Origin: an uncultured Chloroflexia bacterium | GTDB lineage: Bacteria; Chloroflexota; Limnocylindria; Limnocylindrales; CSP1-4 | Length of the DNA: 64,000 bases | Reading direction: 5' to 3' | Assembly (NCBI GenBank): GCA_963813305.1 | Contig: CAWEYP010000006.1 | Coordinates: 31,056-95,055 of the forward strand | Part shown: in pieces, positions 50,772-60,534 of the stretch | Layout of the letters: each line of letters opens with the position of its first letter | Numbering within the stretch: position 1 is the stretch's first letter | Notes under the pieces: generated by a model | Told to the model about the DNA's origin: nothing | What the model saw: only the letters and a program-made list of their open reading frames with translations | The model's database searches: none | Made by a program: the position numbers and the translations under genes

Positions 50772-51910
50772 CCGAACCGGACGTCTCGGCGCCGCCGGCG
50801 CCGGACGGCATCCCTCCCGGGGGCGCGCTGGAGGAGCTGGACGGGACGCCCGTCGGGCGCTCCGCTGCCGGCGCGCCGGCCCGTTTCGTCCCGTGGCGCC
50901 GTGGCGCCGTGGCGGCCGCTGCCGTGTCGGCAGCGCGCCCGCGCCTGTGGATGTATGCGCTCGTCGCCTTCCTGGCCCGCGGCGGCGTCATCCTGCTGGT
51001 GCTGCCGATCGTCGTCCTGCCCACCTTCATCGGCGCGGCGAACGCGATCGGCCCGGCATTCGTGTCGGCCGAGGGCCCCAGCGCGCGCGTCATCGCGCTG
51101 ATCGTGGCTGGGATCGCGACGGTCACCCTGGTCGCCGTCGTCGGGACGATCATCGCCGCGGCCGGGGAGGTCGCCCTGCACCGGGCGACCGTCGAGCCCG
51201 ACCCCGACGATGCCCGGGGAGGTGCCGAGCCCGAGGTGTCCTTCATGGTCCTGGCGCCCCCGCCCGGGGGAGGCCGCGCGATCGCGCGGGTCGCCGCGCT
51301 GAGGCTGCTGCTGCTGCTTCCCGTCGCCGCCGTCACCGCGGCCGCCGTCCCGGCCTGGATCGCCGTCGCCTACCGCGAGCTGACCCTTCCCGGCGACGTG
51401 GCCGCGCCGCTCCTGCTGCGCGTCCTGGCAGGCGCTCCCGTCGCCGGCGCTGCCGTCGTCCTTGCCTGGCTCGCGGCCGAGATCGTCGGCGGCTTCGCGA
51501 CGCGACGCGTCGTGCTGCTCGGAACGTCGGTGCCGCGCGCCCTGGGTGCCGGGATCGTCGATCCGCTGCGCGCGCCGGTCGGGACGGCCCTCACCGTGCT
51601 CCTCGCGCTCGGCGTCAGCGTGATCGCCCTGTTGCCGGCGATCTGGGCCCTGGCGGCCGCATGGGACGCGACGCGCCGGGTCCTCGTGGACGACCCGGTC
51701 GGGGTCGCGGTGCTGGCCGCCGCGCTCGCCATGGCAGCGGCGTGGCTCGTCGCCCTCGTCCTGGCCGGGATCGCCGCTGCCGGCCGCGCCACGTTGATGA
51801 CCGCGGAGCTCCTGCGGCGCGCGCCCGCGGCGGGCTCGCGGGAGGAATCCAGTCCAGCGTCGCCTGACGGCCCGGCACGTCACGCGGTGGCGGGCCCGCA
51901 CGTCGGATGA
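50768..51910 (+). CDS. Hypothetical polytopic membrane protein
   Basis: ORF 50768..51910 is intact. GTG overlaps the UPF0182 stop (GTGA). It has six or more hydrophobic segments. No family is recognised. Confidence 0.65.
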   Translation: MTEPDVSAPPAPDGIPPGGALEELDGTPVGRSAAGAPARFVPWRRGAVAAAAVSAARPRLWMYALVAFLARGGVILLVLPIVVLPTFIGAANAIGPAFVSAEGPSARVIALIVAGIATVTLVAVVGTIIAAAGEVALHRATVEPDPDDARGGAEPEVSFMVLAPPPGGGRAIARVAALRLLLLLPVAAVTAAAVPAWIAVAYRELTLPGDVAAPLLLRVLAGAPVAGAAVVLAWLAAEIVGGFATRRVVLLGTSVPRALGAGIVDPLRAPVGTALTVLLALGVSVIALLPAIWALAAAWDATRRVLVDDPVGVAVLAAALAMAAAWLVALVLAGIAAAGRATLMTAELLRRAPAAGSREESSPASPDGPARHAVAGPHVG

Positions 51911-52025
51911 GCACGCGACGGCGGAACGCGCCAAGCGCCCTGCTACACTGCGCCGCGTGTGCCGCTGGCAGCCCGTCGTCGGTGCACGATGGAGCCCCCC
52001 GCACGGAGATGGGTGACCCCACCGC

Positions 52026-52712
52026 ATGGACCTGAGCTTCCTCTCGGGGATCGGCGACGCGATCGCCTCGTTCTTCAACAGCCCGCTCGTCCAGACGGGC
52101 ATCCAGGCGATCGGCATCTACATCGTCGTGATCTGGCTCGCGTCGGCCTACTGGGCCTTCCGCGACATGCAGGGCCGGACGGCGAACCCCGTGCTGCCGT
52201 ACCTGGCCGCGGCCCTCGTGATCGGCTTCACGCCGATCTTCTTCCTGTTCGGGATCATCGTCTACCGGATCATCCGGCCCCAGGAGCGCCTCGGTGAGGC
52301 GTACGAGCGCGGCCTTGCCGAGGAGGCGCTCATCGCGGAAATCGAGCAGATCGAGCACTGCGCGACCTGCGGGCGCAAGGTCGATGACGACTGGATCATC
52401 TGCCCGACCTGCCGGACCCGTCTCAAGCGCGTCTGCCCGCACTGCTCGAAGCTCGTCGGGCTCGACTGGTCGCTGTGCGCCTGGTGTGGCCGCGACTTCG
52501 AGCGCCGCGAGGCGCTGGCGTCGGTCGGCACGATGCCGGTGCGGCCGCTCCGTGAGCCCGCGCCCGAGCCCGGCCCCGAGCCGATCGCAGAGCCGGTCGC
52601 CGCGGCGGTCACCACGACCCGGACAACGAGGTCGGCGCGAGCATCCGCGGCCGGCGGCGCCACGCCGCGCCCGGCCGGCAGCTCGGCCACGCGCCCCACG
52701 ACCCAGGGCTGA
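52026..52712 (+). CDS. Membrane-anchored double zinc-ribbon protein
   Basis: ORF 52026..52712. It has two N-terminal TM helices, then CATCGRKVDDDWIICPTCRTRLKRVCPHCSKLVGLDWSLCAWCG (four CxxC pairs) and a low-complexity tail. ACGGAGA lies upstream of the ATG. Confidence 0.8.
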   Translation: MDLSFLSGIGDAIASFFNSPLVQTGIQAIGIYIVVIWLASAYWAFRDMQGRTANPVLPYLAAALVIGFTPIFFLFGIIVYRIIRPQERLGEAYERGLAEEALIAEIEQIEHCATCGRKVDDDWIICPTCRTRLKRVCPHCSKLVGLDWSLCAWCGRDFERREALASVGTMPVRPLREPAPEPGPEPIAEPVAAAVTTTRTTRSARASAAGGATPRPAGSSATRPTTQG

Positions 52713-52982
52713 GCCACGACGCTGGACGACCCCCGCGCTCCGTCGCCGGGGGAGCCCGCCGCGACGCCTGGAGTCCCGACCGACGGTGGTGCGGCGCCCG
52801 GCGAAGTTGCCGACCCCGCCGGCGAAGGGGTCCCGGGCGCGGCGACCGACCCCGACGCGGCGACGGACCCCGACGCCGCCGCGCCGCCGGCGGCTCCACC
52901 GGCGGCCGGGCGGCGCCGATCGACCTTCGAGCTCGACGGCCGCGCCGCCCCCGGCCTCTACCTCGCCGCCTGGGCGTTCGTC

Positions 52983-53858
52983 GTGGCCGGGCTCGGGGCG
53001 ATCTTCATCGCCATCGCCAGCGGCGGCGCCGGCGGATCGGAGGTCGCGTTCGTGCTCGGCATCGCCGGCCTCGGGCTCGGCCTGACCGCCGGCGCGGGGT
53101 CGCAGGCGCTCCAGCGTCGCGCCGACGGGGCAATCTACGCCGGCCCGTCGCCGGTCCTCGTGTTCGCGGCTGCGCTCGCCCTCACCCTCGTGGCCGGGTT
53201 CGTGCTGGCCGCCCTCGGGGTGGTGCCGGAAGGGCCAGGCTCCGTGCTGGCGTCGGTGCTGATCCAGGCGGCGATCTCGGTCGGGCTGATCGCCCTCGTC
53301 GTGGTGTCGCCGGGCTCGCTCAGCTGGCGCGAGATGGGGTTGCGCCTGCCGCGCGCCGGCGAGGGCTCGGTCGTCGCCGACGTGGCCTGGGGCGTCGCCC
53401 TCGCGGTCCCGACGCTGTTCGGGGCGGGCCTCCTGGCCGTCGTCCTCGTCTCCCTCCTCGGAGTCGCCCCGGAGTCGCCGCTTTCCCCGGCGACGGACCC
53501 GGCCGGCGTGCTCGTGAACCTGCTGGCCGCCGCGGTCATCGCGCCCGCCTGGGAGGAGCTGTTCTTCCGCGGCTTCACGACGACCGCCTGGCTGCGAGCC
53601 GCCGGTGCCCGGGCGGCGATCGTCCGCGGCGCCGTCTTCTTCGCCCTCGTCCACGTGGTCACGCTGGTCGGGAGCGACTTCGACACGGCGCTCCGGACCG
53701 CGCTGATCGCGTTCGTGATCCGGCTTCCCGTGGGACTCGTCCTCGGCTGGGTCTTCCTGCGCCGGCGAACGCTGGTCGCCCCGATCGCGCTTCACGCGGC
53801 GTACAACGTGATCCCGGTCCTGCTGGTCGCCCTCGGCGCGGGCTCGACCCCGACCTGA
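52983..53858 (+). CDS. CPBP (CAAX) family intramembrane glutamic protease; the first canonical start probably truncates it
   Basis: ORF 52983..53858 has the EELFFRG and FALVH motifs, plus HAAYN. The GTG at 52983 lies inside the first TM helix (LYLAAWAFVVAGLGAIFIAIA). The frame is open back to the TGA at 52710-52712. Confidence 0.75.
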   Translation: MAGLGAIFIAIASGGAGGSEVAFVLGIAGLGLGLTAGAGSQALQRRADGAIYAGPSPVLVFAAALALTLVAGFVLAALGVVPEGPGSVLASVLIQAAISVGLIALVVVSPGSLSWREMGLRLPRAGEGSVVADVAWGVALAVPTLFGAGLLAVVLVSLLGVAPESPLSPATDPAGVLVNLLAAAVIAPAWEELFFRGFTTTAWLRAAGARAAIVRGAVFFALVHVVTLVGSDFDTALRTALIAFVIRLPVGLVLGWVFLRRRTLVAPIALHAAYNVIPVLLVALGAGSTPT

Positions 53859-54122
53859 CCTCGCCGCACGTGCGAGCCGCGCGTGAAGTCCCGGCCAAGC
53901 GGCGGATGAGCGCCCGGTGAGGCCCGCTCCCTAGGATGCGGGACGTCCCCGGGTCCGGATGGCGGGGGAATCGGCGGGCTCCGTCGTCCGGGCCCGGGGA
54001 CCCATTCGACACCGCGACGGTCGCGGAGGTTGGCACGCGTGGCAGATCCCGGTCCCGGATTCCCGCCACCTGGCATCGGCTCCTCGCATCGGCCCCGACG
54101 CGCGCGCGTCCGGCGCCGGCGG

Positions 54123-54839
54123 GTGCGCGAGATCCCTGCCGCGGAGCGTCCCCGCGAGCGGCTCGCGGCTCGCGGCGCCGCGGGCCTGACGTCCGCCGAG
54201 CTGATCGCGCTGGTCTGGGGCTCGGGCGCGCGCGGCCTCGGCGCGGTCGATCTGGCGGAGGAGGCGCTGGCGCGCCACGACGGGCTCGCGGGGCTGGCCC
54301 GGGCCAGTGAGCTCGAGCTCGTCGACCTGCCGGGCGTGGGGGCGGCGAAGGCGGCCCAGCTGACCGCCTCCTTCGAGCTCGGACGGCGCCTCGTCGCCGA
54401 CTGGCCGGCGGGTCGCTGGATGGTCCGGGCCCCGCGCGACGTCGCCGACCGGCTCCTCCCGCTGATGGGACACCTGGAGCGCGAGGAGCTGCGGGTGGTC
54501 CTGCTGAACGCCAAGAACACCGTCCTGAAGGTCGTGACGGTCTACCAGGGCAACGTGCTCGCGCGCCTCGTCCGGGTGGGGGAGCTCTTCCGGGACGCGG
54601 TGCGGATCAGCGCCGCGGGCGCGATCCTCGTCCACAACCACCCGTCCGGCGACCCCACGCCGTCGCCCGACGACCTCCACCTGACCGCCGAGGCCCTCGC
54701 GGCCGGCCGGCTCCTCGACATCGAGCTCCTCGACCACGTGGTCATCGGCCACGACGCGTTCGTCTCGCTGCGCGACCGGGGCGTCGCCTTCGACCGGGTC
54801 GGTCCTGGGCTGCGGGGTCGGGCGACGGCGGCGGAGTGA
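54123..54839 (+). CDS. radC: RadC-family JAB-domain protein (UPF0758)
   Basis: ORF 54030..54839. The likely start is GTG 54123 (VREIPAAERPRERL, the usual RadC N-terminus). It has HhH LPGVGAAKAAQL and the JAMM-like HNHPSGDPTPSPDD. It lies upstream of mreB, as in many Gram-positives. Confidence 0.8.
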   Translation: MREIPAAERPRERLAARGAAGLTSAELIALVWGSGARGLGAVDLAEEALARHDGLAGLARASELELVDLPGVGAAKAAQLTASFELGRRLVADWPAGRWMVRAPRDVADRLLPLMGHLEREELRVVLLNAKNTVLKVVTVYQGNVLARLVRVGELFRDAVRISAAGAILVHNHPSGDPTPSPDDLHLTAEALAAGRLLDIELLDHVVIGHDAFVSLRDRGVAFDRVGPGLRGRATAAE

Positions 54840-55041
54840 GCGCCGGGCAGGCGCCGGGGCGGAGCCGCGCGGAGGGCCTGGCCCGCTGACGCCCGGCTGC
54901 CGGCGCGGGCCCGCCCGTCGCCCCGGGGTATACTCCGCGGGCGGTCGGGAACGTCCGCACGCGCCGCCGCGCCCCCGAGACCACGGGGCGCCCGCCGCGG
55001 GCGGCCCCGAGCGATCCAGCCGAAGGACACCCCCCCGCATC

Positions 55042-56094
55042 ATGCTCGACGCGCTCCTCAGCCTCTTCTCCCGCGACATCGGCATCGACCTCGGGACCGC
55101 GAACACGCTCGTTCACGTGCGCGACCGCGGGATCGTGATCAGCGAGCCGAGCGTCGTGGCCATCGACGCCAAGACGAAGAAGGTCCTGGCGATCGGCGCC
55201 GAGGCGAAGCGGATGGTCGGCCGCACGCCGGCGAACATCATCGCCATCCGGCCGCTGCGCGACGGGGTCATCAGCGACTTCGACGTCACCGAGCAGATGA
55301 TCAAGTACTTCGTGCACCGGGTCCACGACCGGATCGGGCTGATCCCGCGGCCCCGGATGGTGCTGGGGATCCCGTCCGGCGTGACCGAGGTGGAGAAGCG
55401 CGCCGTGCGCGACGCGGCCCTCAACGCGGGGGCCCGCTGGGCCCGCCTGATCGAGGAGCCGATGGCCGCGGCGATCGGCGCCGGCCTCCCGGTCTCCGAG
55501 CCGACCGGCTCGCTGATCGTCGACATCGGCGGCGGCACGACCGAGGTCGCGGTCATCAGCCTGGGCGGCATCGTCGTGAGCCGGAGCATCCGGATCGGCG
55601 GCGACGAGATGGACATGGACATCGTCGCCTTCGCCCGCCGGGAGTACAACCTGCTCCTCGGCGAGCGCACCGCCGAGGACATCAAGATCGCCATCGGCTC
55701 GGCGTACCCCGGCGACTGGGACGCCCAGCGGGTGCTGCTCCGCGGCCGCGACCTCCTGACCGGGCTCCCGCGCAGCGTCGAGGTCGGCGCCGACCAGGTG
55801 CGCGAGGCCATCGAGCCGTCCGTCCAGCAGATCGTCGACACGATCAAGGACACGATCGAGGAGACGCCGCCGGAGCTCGTCGCCGACATCATGGACCAGG
55901 GCATCGTGCTGGCCGGCGGCGGCGCGCTCCTGCTGGGCCTCGATCGCCGCGTCGCCGAGGCGACCCAGATGCCGGTCCACATCGCCGACGACCCGCTGAC
56001 CTGCGTGGCGCGCGGCACGGGCGTCGTGCTCCAGGAGCTCGACCGGATGAAGCGCGTGCTCGTGGCCGACACCTACTCGCGGCCGCTGCGGTAG
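55042..56094 (+). CDS. mreB: Rod-shape-determining actin homologue MreB
   Basis: ORF 55042..56094 is intact. It has DIGIDLGTANTLV, GGGTTEVAVISLGG and GIVLAGGGALL. Confidence 0.95.
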   Translation: MLDALLSLFSRDIGIDLGTANTLVHVRDRGIVISEPSVVAIDAKTKKVLAIGAEAKRMVGRTPANIIAIRPLRDGVISDFDVTEQMIKYFVHRVHDRIGLIPRPRMVLGIPSGVTEVEKRAVRDAALNAGARWARLIEEPMAAAIGAGLPVSEPTGSLIVDIGGGTTEVAVISLGGIVVSRSIRIGGDEMDMDIVAFARREYNLLLGERTAEDIKIAIGSAYPGDWDAQRVLLRGRDLLTGLPRSVEVGADQVREAIEPSVQQIVDTIKDTIEETPPELVADIMDQGIVLAGGGALLLGLDRRVAEATQMPVHIADDPLTCVARGTGVVLQELDRMKRVLVADTYSRPLR

Positions 56095-56105
56095 GGAGCG
56101 CCGAG

Positions 56106-57088
56106 ATGACCGGCCGGCTCGCCGGCTACGGGCACCGCGCCCCGCGGATCGCACGGCGCCGCGCGGTCGTCTTCGCCGATCCTCCTCGGGGTCACGATGA
56201 TCCTGATGATCGCCAGCGCCACGGCGCCCGTCGCGGAGCTGCAGCGGGGCCTGGCCTTCGCCCTGTCGCCCTTCGCGGAGGCCGTGAACGGGTCGGCGCC
56301 CAGGCCCGCTCGGTCGTCGACGCGGCCGCGGAGATCGACCGGCTGCGCAACGAGAACGCCAGCCCTCCGCGCCGACAACGACCGCCTGGAGCAGCACAAC
56401 CGGAACCTGGCGGCGCTCGCGACCGAGAACGAGCAGCTGACCGCGCTGCTCGCCATCCGCAACTCGCTGGACTACTCGACCGTGGCCGCGCGGGTGATCT
56501 CGCGGGAGCTCGCCGACGTCAACCGCGTGGTGATGATCGACGCCGGGAGCGAGGACGGCCTCAAGATCGGCGACGTCGTGATCGGGGCCGGCGGCGCCCT
56601 CGCCGGGCGCGTGACCGAGCTCGGGACCAGCGCCGCGCGGGTGACCCTCATCAACGACCCCGCGTCGACGGTGATCGGCGAGATCGTCACGAGCCGCGCC
56701 ATCGGGCGAGGTCGTCGGCGACCTGGGCGGGGCGCTGGTCATGGACAAGATCGACGCGACCCAGCGCATCACCATCGGCGACGAGGTGGTGACGGCAGGG
56801 ATCAGCCTGGGCGAGGCCGTCCGCTCGCCGTATCCCAAGGGCCTGGTGATCGGCCGGATCATCGACGTCACGCGCGACCCGAACGCCGTCGTCCAGACGG
56901 CGTTCGTCGAGGCCGCCATCGACCTCGACCGCCTGGAGGCGGTCCTGGTGATCACCGACTACGAGGGAGGCATCCCCGGGACCGACCTCCTGCCGACCGA
57001 CGACATCAACCCGGACGGGACGCTGCCCGACTCCGAGCAGCCGTTCGCGACCCAGGCGCCCACCCCGCGTCCGACGCGGCGGCCGTGA
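56106..57088 (+). pseudogene. mreC: Rod-shape protein MreC, about 4 frame changes as assembled
   Basis: It begins MTGRLAGYGHRAPRIARRRAVVFA (ORF 56106..). The TM helix and coiled coil alternate between ORFs 56197.. and 56106.. (AEIDRLRNENA / LRADNDRLEQHNRNLAALATENEQL). The beta domain is in 56197.. (VMIDAGSEDGLKIGDVVI) and in 56741..57088 (ITIGDEVVTAGISLGEAVRSPYPKGLVIGRI). Confidence 0.8.
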
Positions 57089-57119
57089 CGGCCGGCCCGG
57101 GTTCGCCTCGAAGCGCTGC

Positions 57120-57125
57120 TAGGAT
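57120..57125 (+). promoter_or_regulatory. -10-like hexamer TAGGAT, 9 nt upstream of the rmlA ATG
   Basis: Read directly. There is no SD before ATG 57135. Confidence 0.25.
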
Positions 57126-57134
57126 CGAGCGAGC

Positions 57135-57897
57135 ATGAAGGGCCTGATCCTCGCCGGCGGCACGGCCACCCGGCTGTTCCCGCTCACGATCGTCACCAAC
57201 AAGCACCTGCTGCCGATCTACGACCGGCCGATGATCTACTACCCGCTCGAGACCCTCGCCGGGATGGGGATCCGCGAGGTCCTCGTGATCGTCGGCGGCA
57301 AGAGCGTCGGCGACGTCGTCGAGCTGCTGGGCGACGGCGAGCACTTCGGCCTGAGCCTGACGTACCGCTACCAGCGCGGCGCGCTCGGGATCGCCCACGC
57401 CATCGGGCTGGCCCGCGAGTTCGTCGGCGAGGACTCCTTCTGCGTGGTTCTCGGGGACAACATCCTTCGCGGGCCGGCCCTCGAGCCGGTCGCGTCCGCC
57501 TTCGAGGTGGGCCCGTGGGGCGGCGGCACGCTGCTCTACGAGGTCCCCGATCCGGAGCGCTTCGGCGTCGCCGAGCTGGACGCGGACGGGCGAGTCGTCG
57601 GGTTCGAGGAGAAGCCGGCCCACCCCCGGAGCAACCTGATCCCGATCGGCGTCTACTTCCTGCGCCCTGACGCCTTCGACGTCATCGACACGCTCGCGCC
57701 GTCGGGTCGCGGCGAGCTCGAGATCACCGACGTGCTCAACCACTACGTGGCCGGAGGCCGGCCTCTACGCGCCTCGCTACGAAGGCCACTGGACGGATGC
57801 CGGCACGGTGCCGTCGCTGCTTCGGGCGGCCGAGCTCGCGGAGGCCTCGCAGGCCGAGGGCCTCCTGGCACCGCCCCCGGAGCGCCCCTCCGCGTGA
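57135..57897 (+). pseudogene. rmlA: Glucose-1-phosphate thymidylyltransferase (short form), C-terminal tail shifted as assembled
   Basis: It has MKGLILAGGTATRLFPLT, LGDNI and ERFGV. After ITDVLNHYVAGG the natural tail (..YEGHWTDAGTVPSLLRAAELAE...*) is in the +1 frame, ending at TGA 57895-57897. In the given frame the ORF runs on into rmlB, producing the ORF-track entry 57135..58997. Confidence 0.85.
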
Positions 57898-58997
57898 CCG
57901 GCGCGAAGCGGCACCGGCGGCTCCTGGTGGCGGGCGGGGCCGGCTTCATCGGGAGCTGCTTCGTCCGCGACGTCCTGGGGCGCCGCGACGGGACGGGGAT
58001 CACCGTGCTCGACAAGCTGACGTACGCGGGCAACCGGGCCAACCTGGCCGACGTGGAGGCCGACCCCGAGATGGCGGCCCGGTTCACCTTCGTGCGCGGC
58101 GACATCGCCGATCCAGCGGTCGTGCTGCCCCTGGTGGCCGAGGCCGACGCGGTCGTCAACTTCGCGGCGGAGAGCCACGTCGACCGCTCGATCCTCGAGC
58201 CGGCCGCGTTCCTGCGGACCGGGGTCGACGGCGTCCACGTGCTGCTGGAGGCCGTGCGCGTCGAGACACAGCGGGCCCGCGCCGGCGAGCGGACCGCGCC
58301 GCGCCTCCTCCAGGTCTCCACCGACGAGGTGTACGGCTCGATCGAGGAGGGGAGCTCGGTCGAGACGAATGCGCTGGCGCCGCGCTCCCCGTACGCCGCA
58401 GCCAAGGCTGCCGGGGAGCTTCTGGCGCGGGCCTACCACGTGACCTACGGCCTTGACGTCGTCGTCACCCGGGGCTCGAACACCTACGGCCCGTATCACC
58501 ACCCCGAGAAGCTGATCCCGCTGTTCGTGACGAACGCGCTGGACGACCAGCCGCTGCCGCTGTACGGCGATGGCCTGCAGCGACGGGACTGGCTCTTCGT
58601 GAGCGACCATGCCGGGGCGGTGGCCCACGTCCTGGAGCACGGCCTGCCCGGCGAGGTCTACAACGTCCCCGGCGCGGCCGAGCTCACGAACCGCGACGTG
58701 GCCGCACGTCTCCTCGCCCTCCTCGGCAAGCCCTGGTCGCTGGTGCGCTCGGTGGCCGACCGGCCCGGCCACGACCGCCGCTACGCGATGGACGGCGCTC
58801 GACTCCGCTCCCTCGGGTGGACCAACCGGGTCGGCTTCGACGACGGGCTGGCCTTGACCGTCACGTGGTACCGCGACCACCCGGCCTGGTGGCGGGCGGC
58901 CCGCGACGATGACTGGGACGCCTACTACGCACGCCAGTACGCCGACCGGATCGCGACGTCCACGCCCGCCGCCGCCCCGCCGGGGGAGCCCGGCTGA
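57894..58997 (+). CDS. rmlB: dTDP-glucose 4,6-dehydratase
   Basis: GTG 57894 overlaps the natural rmlA stop (GTGA). It has VAGGAGFIGS and the SPYAAAK (YxxxK) motif. It shows full-length collinearity with RmlB. Confidence 0.9.
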   Translation: MTGAKRHRRLLVAGGAGFIGSCFVRDVLGRRDGTGITVLDKLTYAGNRANLADVEADPEMAARFTFVRGDIADPAVVLPLVAEADAVVNFAAESHVDRSILEPAAFLRTGVDGVHVLLEAVRVETQRARAGERTAPRLLQVSTDEVYGSIEEGSSVETNALAPRSPYAAAKAAGELLARAYHVTYGLDVVVTRGSNTYGPYHHPEKLIPLFVTNALDDQPLPLYGDGLQRRDWLFVSDHAGAVAHVLEHGLPGEVYNVPGAAELTNRDVAARLLALLGKPWSLVRSVADRPGHDRRYAMDGARLRSLGWTNRVGFDDGLALTVTWYRDHPAWWRAARDDDWDAYYARQYADRIATSTPAAAPPGEPG

Positions 58998-59947
58998 TGC
59001 GCGTCGCCGTGACCGGAGCCGGCGGCCGCCTGGGTCGTGCCCTGGTCGCCGCCCTCGAGGACGCCCCGTTCACCGGCCCCGCCGGGCCGCTGGCCTGGAG
59101 CCGCCCGGACTACGACCTCGACGATCCCGCTGCGGCCGCCCGGGTCGTCGGCCGCGACGCGCCCGACGTGGTCATCCACGCTGCCGCCTGGACCGATGTC
59201 GACGGCTGCGCCCGCGAGCCCGGACGCGCGATGCGGCGCAACGCCATCGCCGCCGCCGAGATGGCGGACGCCTGCGCCACCGTCGGGATCGACCTGATCC
59301 TCGTCTCGACGAACGAGGTCTTCGACGGCCGGCGCGTCGACGGACGTGGGTACGCGGCCAACGACCGTCCCGCTCCGGTCAACGCGTACGGCACCAGCAA
59401 GCTGACCGGCGAGACCGCAGCCCAGGCCGCCTACCTGCGCCGCGGCGGCGTGCTCGACGCCGATCCGGCCGGCGAGGCGCCCGGGGGGTCGCAGCTGGCG
59501 ATCGTCCGGACGGCCTGGCTCTTCGGGCCTCCCGGCAACGATTTCCCGGCCCGGATTCTGGGAGCCGCCGACCGGGCGCTCGCGGCCGGCGAGCCGCTGC
59601 GCGTGGTCGGCGACGAGGTGGGCTCGCCGACCTACGCCCACGACCTTGCCGACGCGATCGTCGAGCTCCTGGGGGCTGGCTCCTTCGCCGGTGTCCACCA
59701 CGTCGTCAACGCCGGCGCGACCAGCAGGGCCGCCTGGGCTCGCGCCGTCCTGGCCGCGGCCCGCCTGTCCGTGGAGGTCCGCGAGGTTCCCCTGAGCAGC
59801 TGGACGCGCCCCTCGGCCGTCCCGGCCTGGGCCGTCCTTGCCCCGACGCCGCTGCCGTCCGGCGAGCCCCTTCGAACATGGGAGGCCGCCTTCGCCGACT
59901 ACGTCCCGGCGCTCCTGCGCACGCGGACGGCCGGGACCCGTCGATGA
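58997..59947 (+). CDS. rmlD: dTDP-4-dehydrorhamnose reductase
   Basis: ORF 58997..59947 is intact. It has VTGAGGRLG and NAYGTSK (YxxxK). The ATG overlaps the rmlB stop by 1 nt. Confidence 0.9.
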   Translation: MRVAVTGAGGRLGRALVAALEDAPFTGPAGPLAWSRPDYDLDDPAAAARVVGRDAPDVVIHAAAWTDVDGCAREPGRAMRRNAIAAAEMADACATVGIDLILVSTNEVFDGRRVDGRGYAANDRPAPVNAYGTSKLTGETAAQAAYLRRGGVLDADPAGEAPGGSQLAIVRTAWLFGPPGNDFPARILGAADRALAAGEPLRVVGDEVGSPTYAHDLADAIVELLGAGSFAGVHHVVNAGATSRAAWARAVLAAARLSVEVREVPLSSWTRPSAVPAWAVLAPTPLPSGEPLRTWEAAFADYVPALLRTRTAGTRR

Positions 59948-60534
59948 GCGACCGGCTGCGCTCCGGCGGCTCGCCGATCCCCGGGGTGGCGTGGGGCGCG
60001 GTCGTCCGCCACGCCGACGCGCGCGGAAGCTTTCGGGAGCTGTGGCGGGCGAGCGCCTTCGGGGAGCTCGGTGTCGAGCGGACCGGACGGGACGGCGCGG
60101 CGTTCGTGCAGGCGAACCTGTCGACGTCGGCGCCGGGGGTGCTCCGCGGCCTGCACTCCCACCGGCGTCAGCTGGACCACTGGGTCGTCGCATCCGGACG
60201 GGCGTTCGTCGCGCTCGTCGACGTGCGCCCGCTCATCGCCGCGACGGCCGACCGCCCGCCGGTCGAGGTTCGCGAGATCGCGGCGGACGACACCCTCACC
60301 ATTCCCGCGGGCGTCGCCCACGGCTTCCTCGCCGTCGAGCCGCTCGAGCTCGTGTACTTCGTGACGGGCGAGTTCGACGGGAGCGACGAGCTCGGCTTCG
60401 CCTGGGACGACCCGCTCGCGGGGGTGCCGTGGCCGACGATTCCCGGGACGCCCGACGGACGGCCGATCCTGTCGGGCCGCGACCGCGCGAACCCGTCGCT
60501 CCCGGAGCTGGTGGCCCGCCTCCGCGCGATGTGA
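59944..60534 (+). CDS. rmlC: dTDP-4-dehydrorhamnose 3,5-epimerase
   Basis: The last 196 aa of ORF 58909..60534 (MSDRLRSGG...RGSFRELW...LRGLHSH...GVAHGFLA). There is an ATGA overlap with rmlD. Confidence 0.9.
   Translation: MSDRLRSGGSPIPGVAWGAVVRHADARGSFRELWRASAFGELGVERTGRDGAAFVQANLSTSAPGVLRGLHSHRRQLDHWVVASGRAFVALVDVRPLIAATADRPPVEVREIAADDTLTIPAGVAHGFLAVEPLELVYFVTGEFDGSDELGFAWDDPLAGVPWPTIPGTPDGRPILSGRDRANPSLPELVARLRAM

Noticed and set aside
53932-53937. TAGGAT hexamer upstream of radC as its promoter.
   Set aside because: It lies about 185 nt from the most plausible radC start and overlaps an ATG of a spurious Arg-rich ORF. The evidence is too weak to list.
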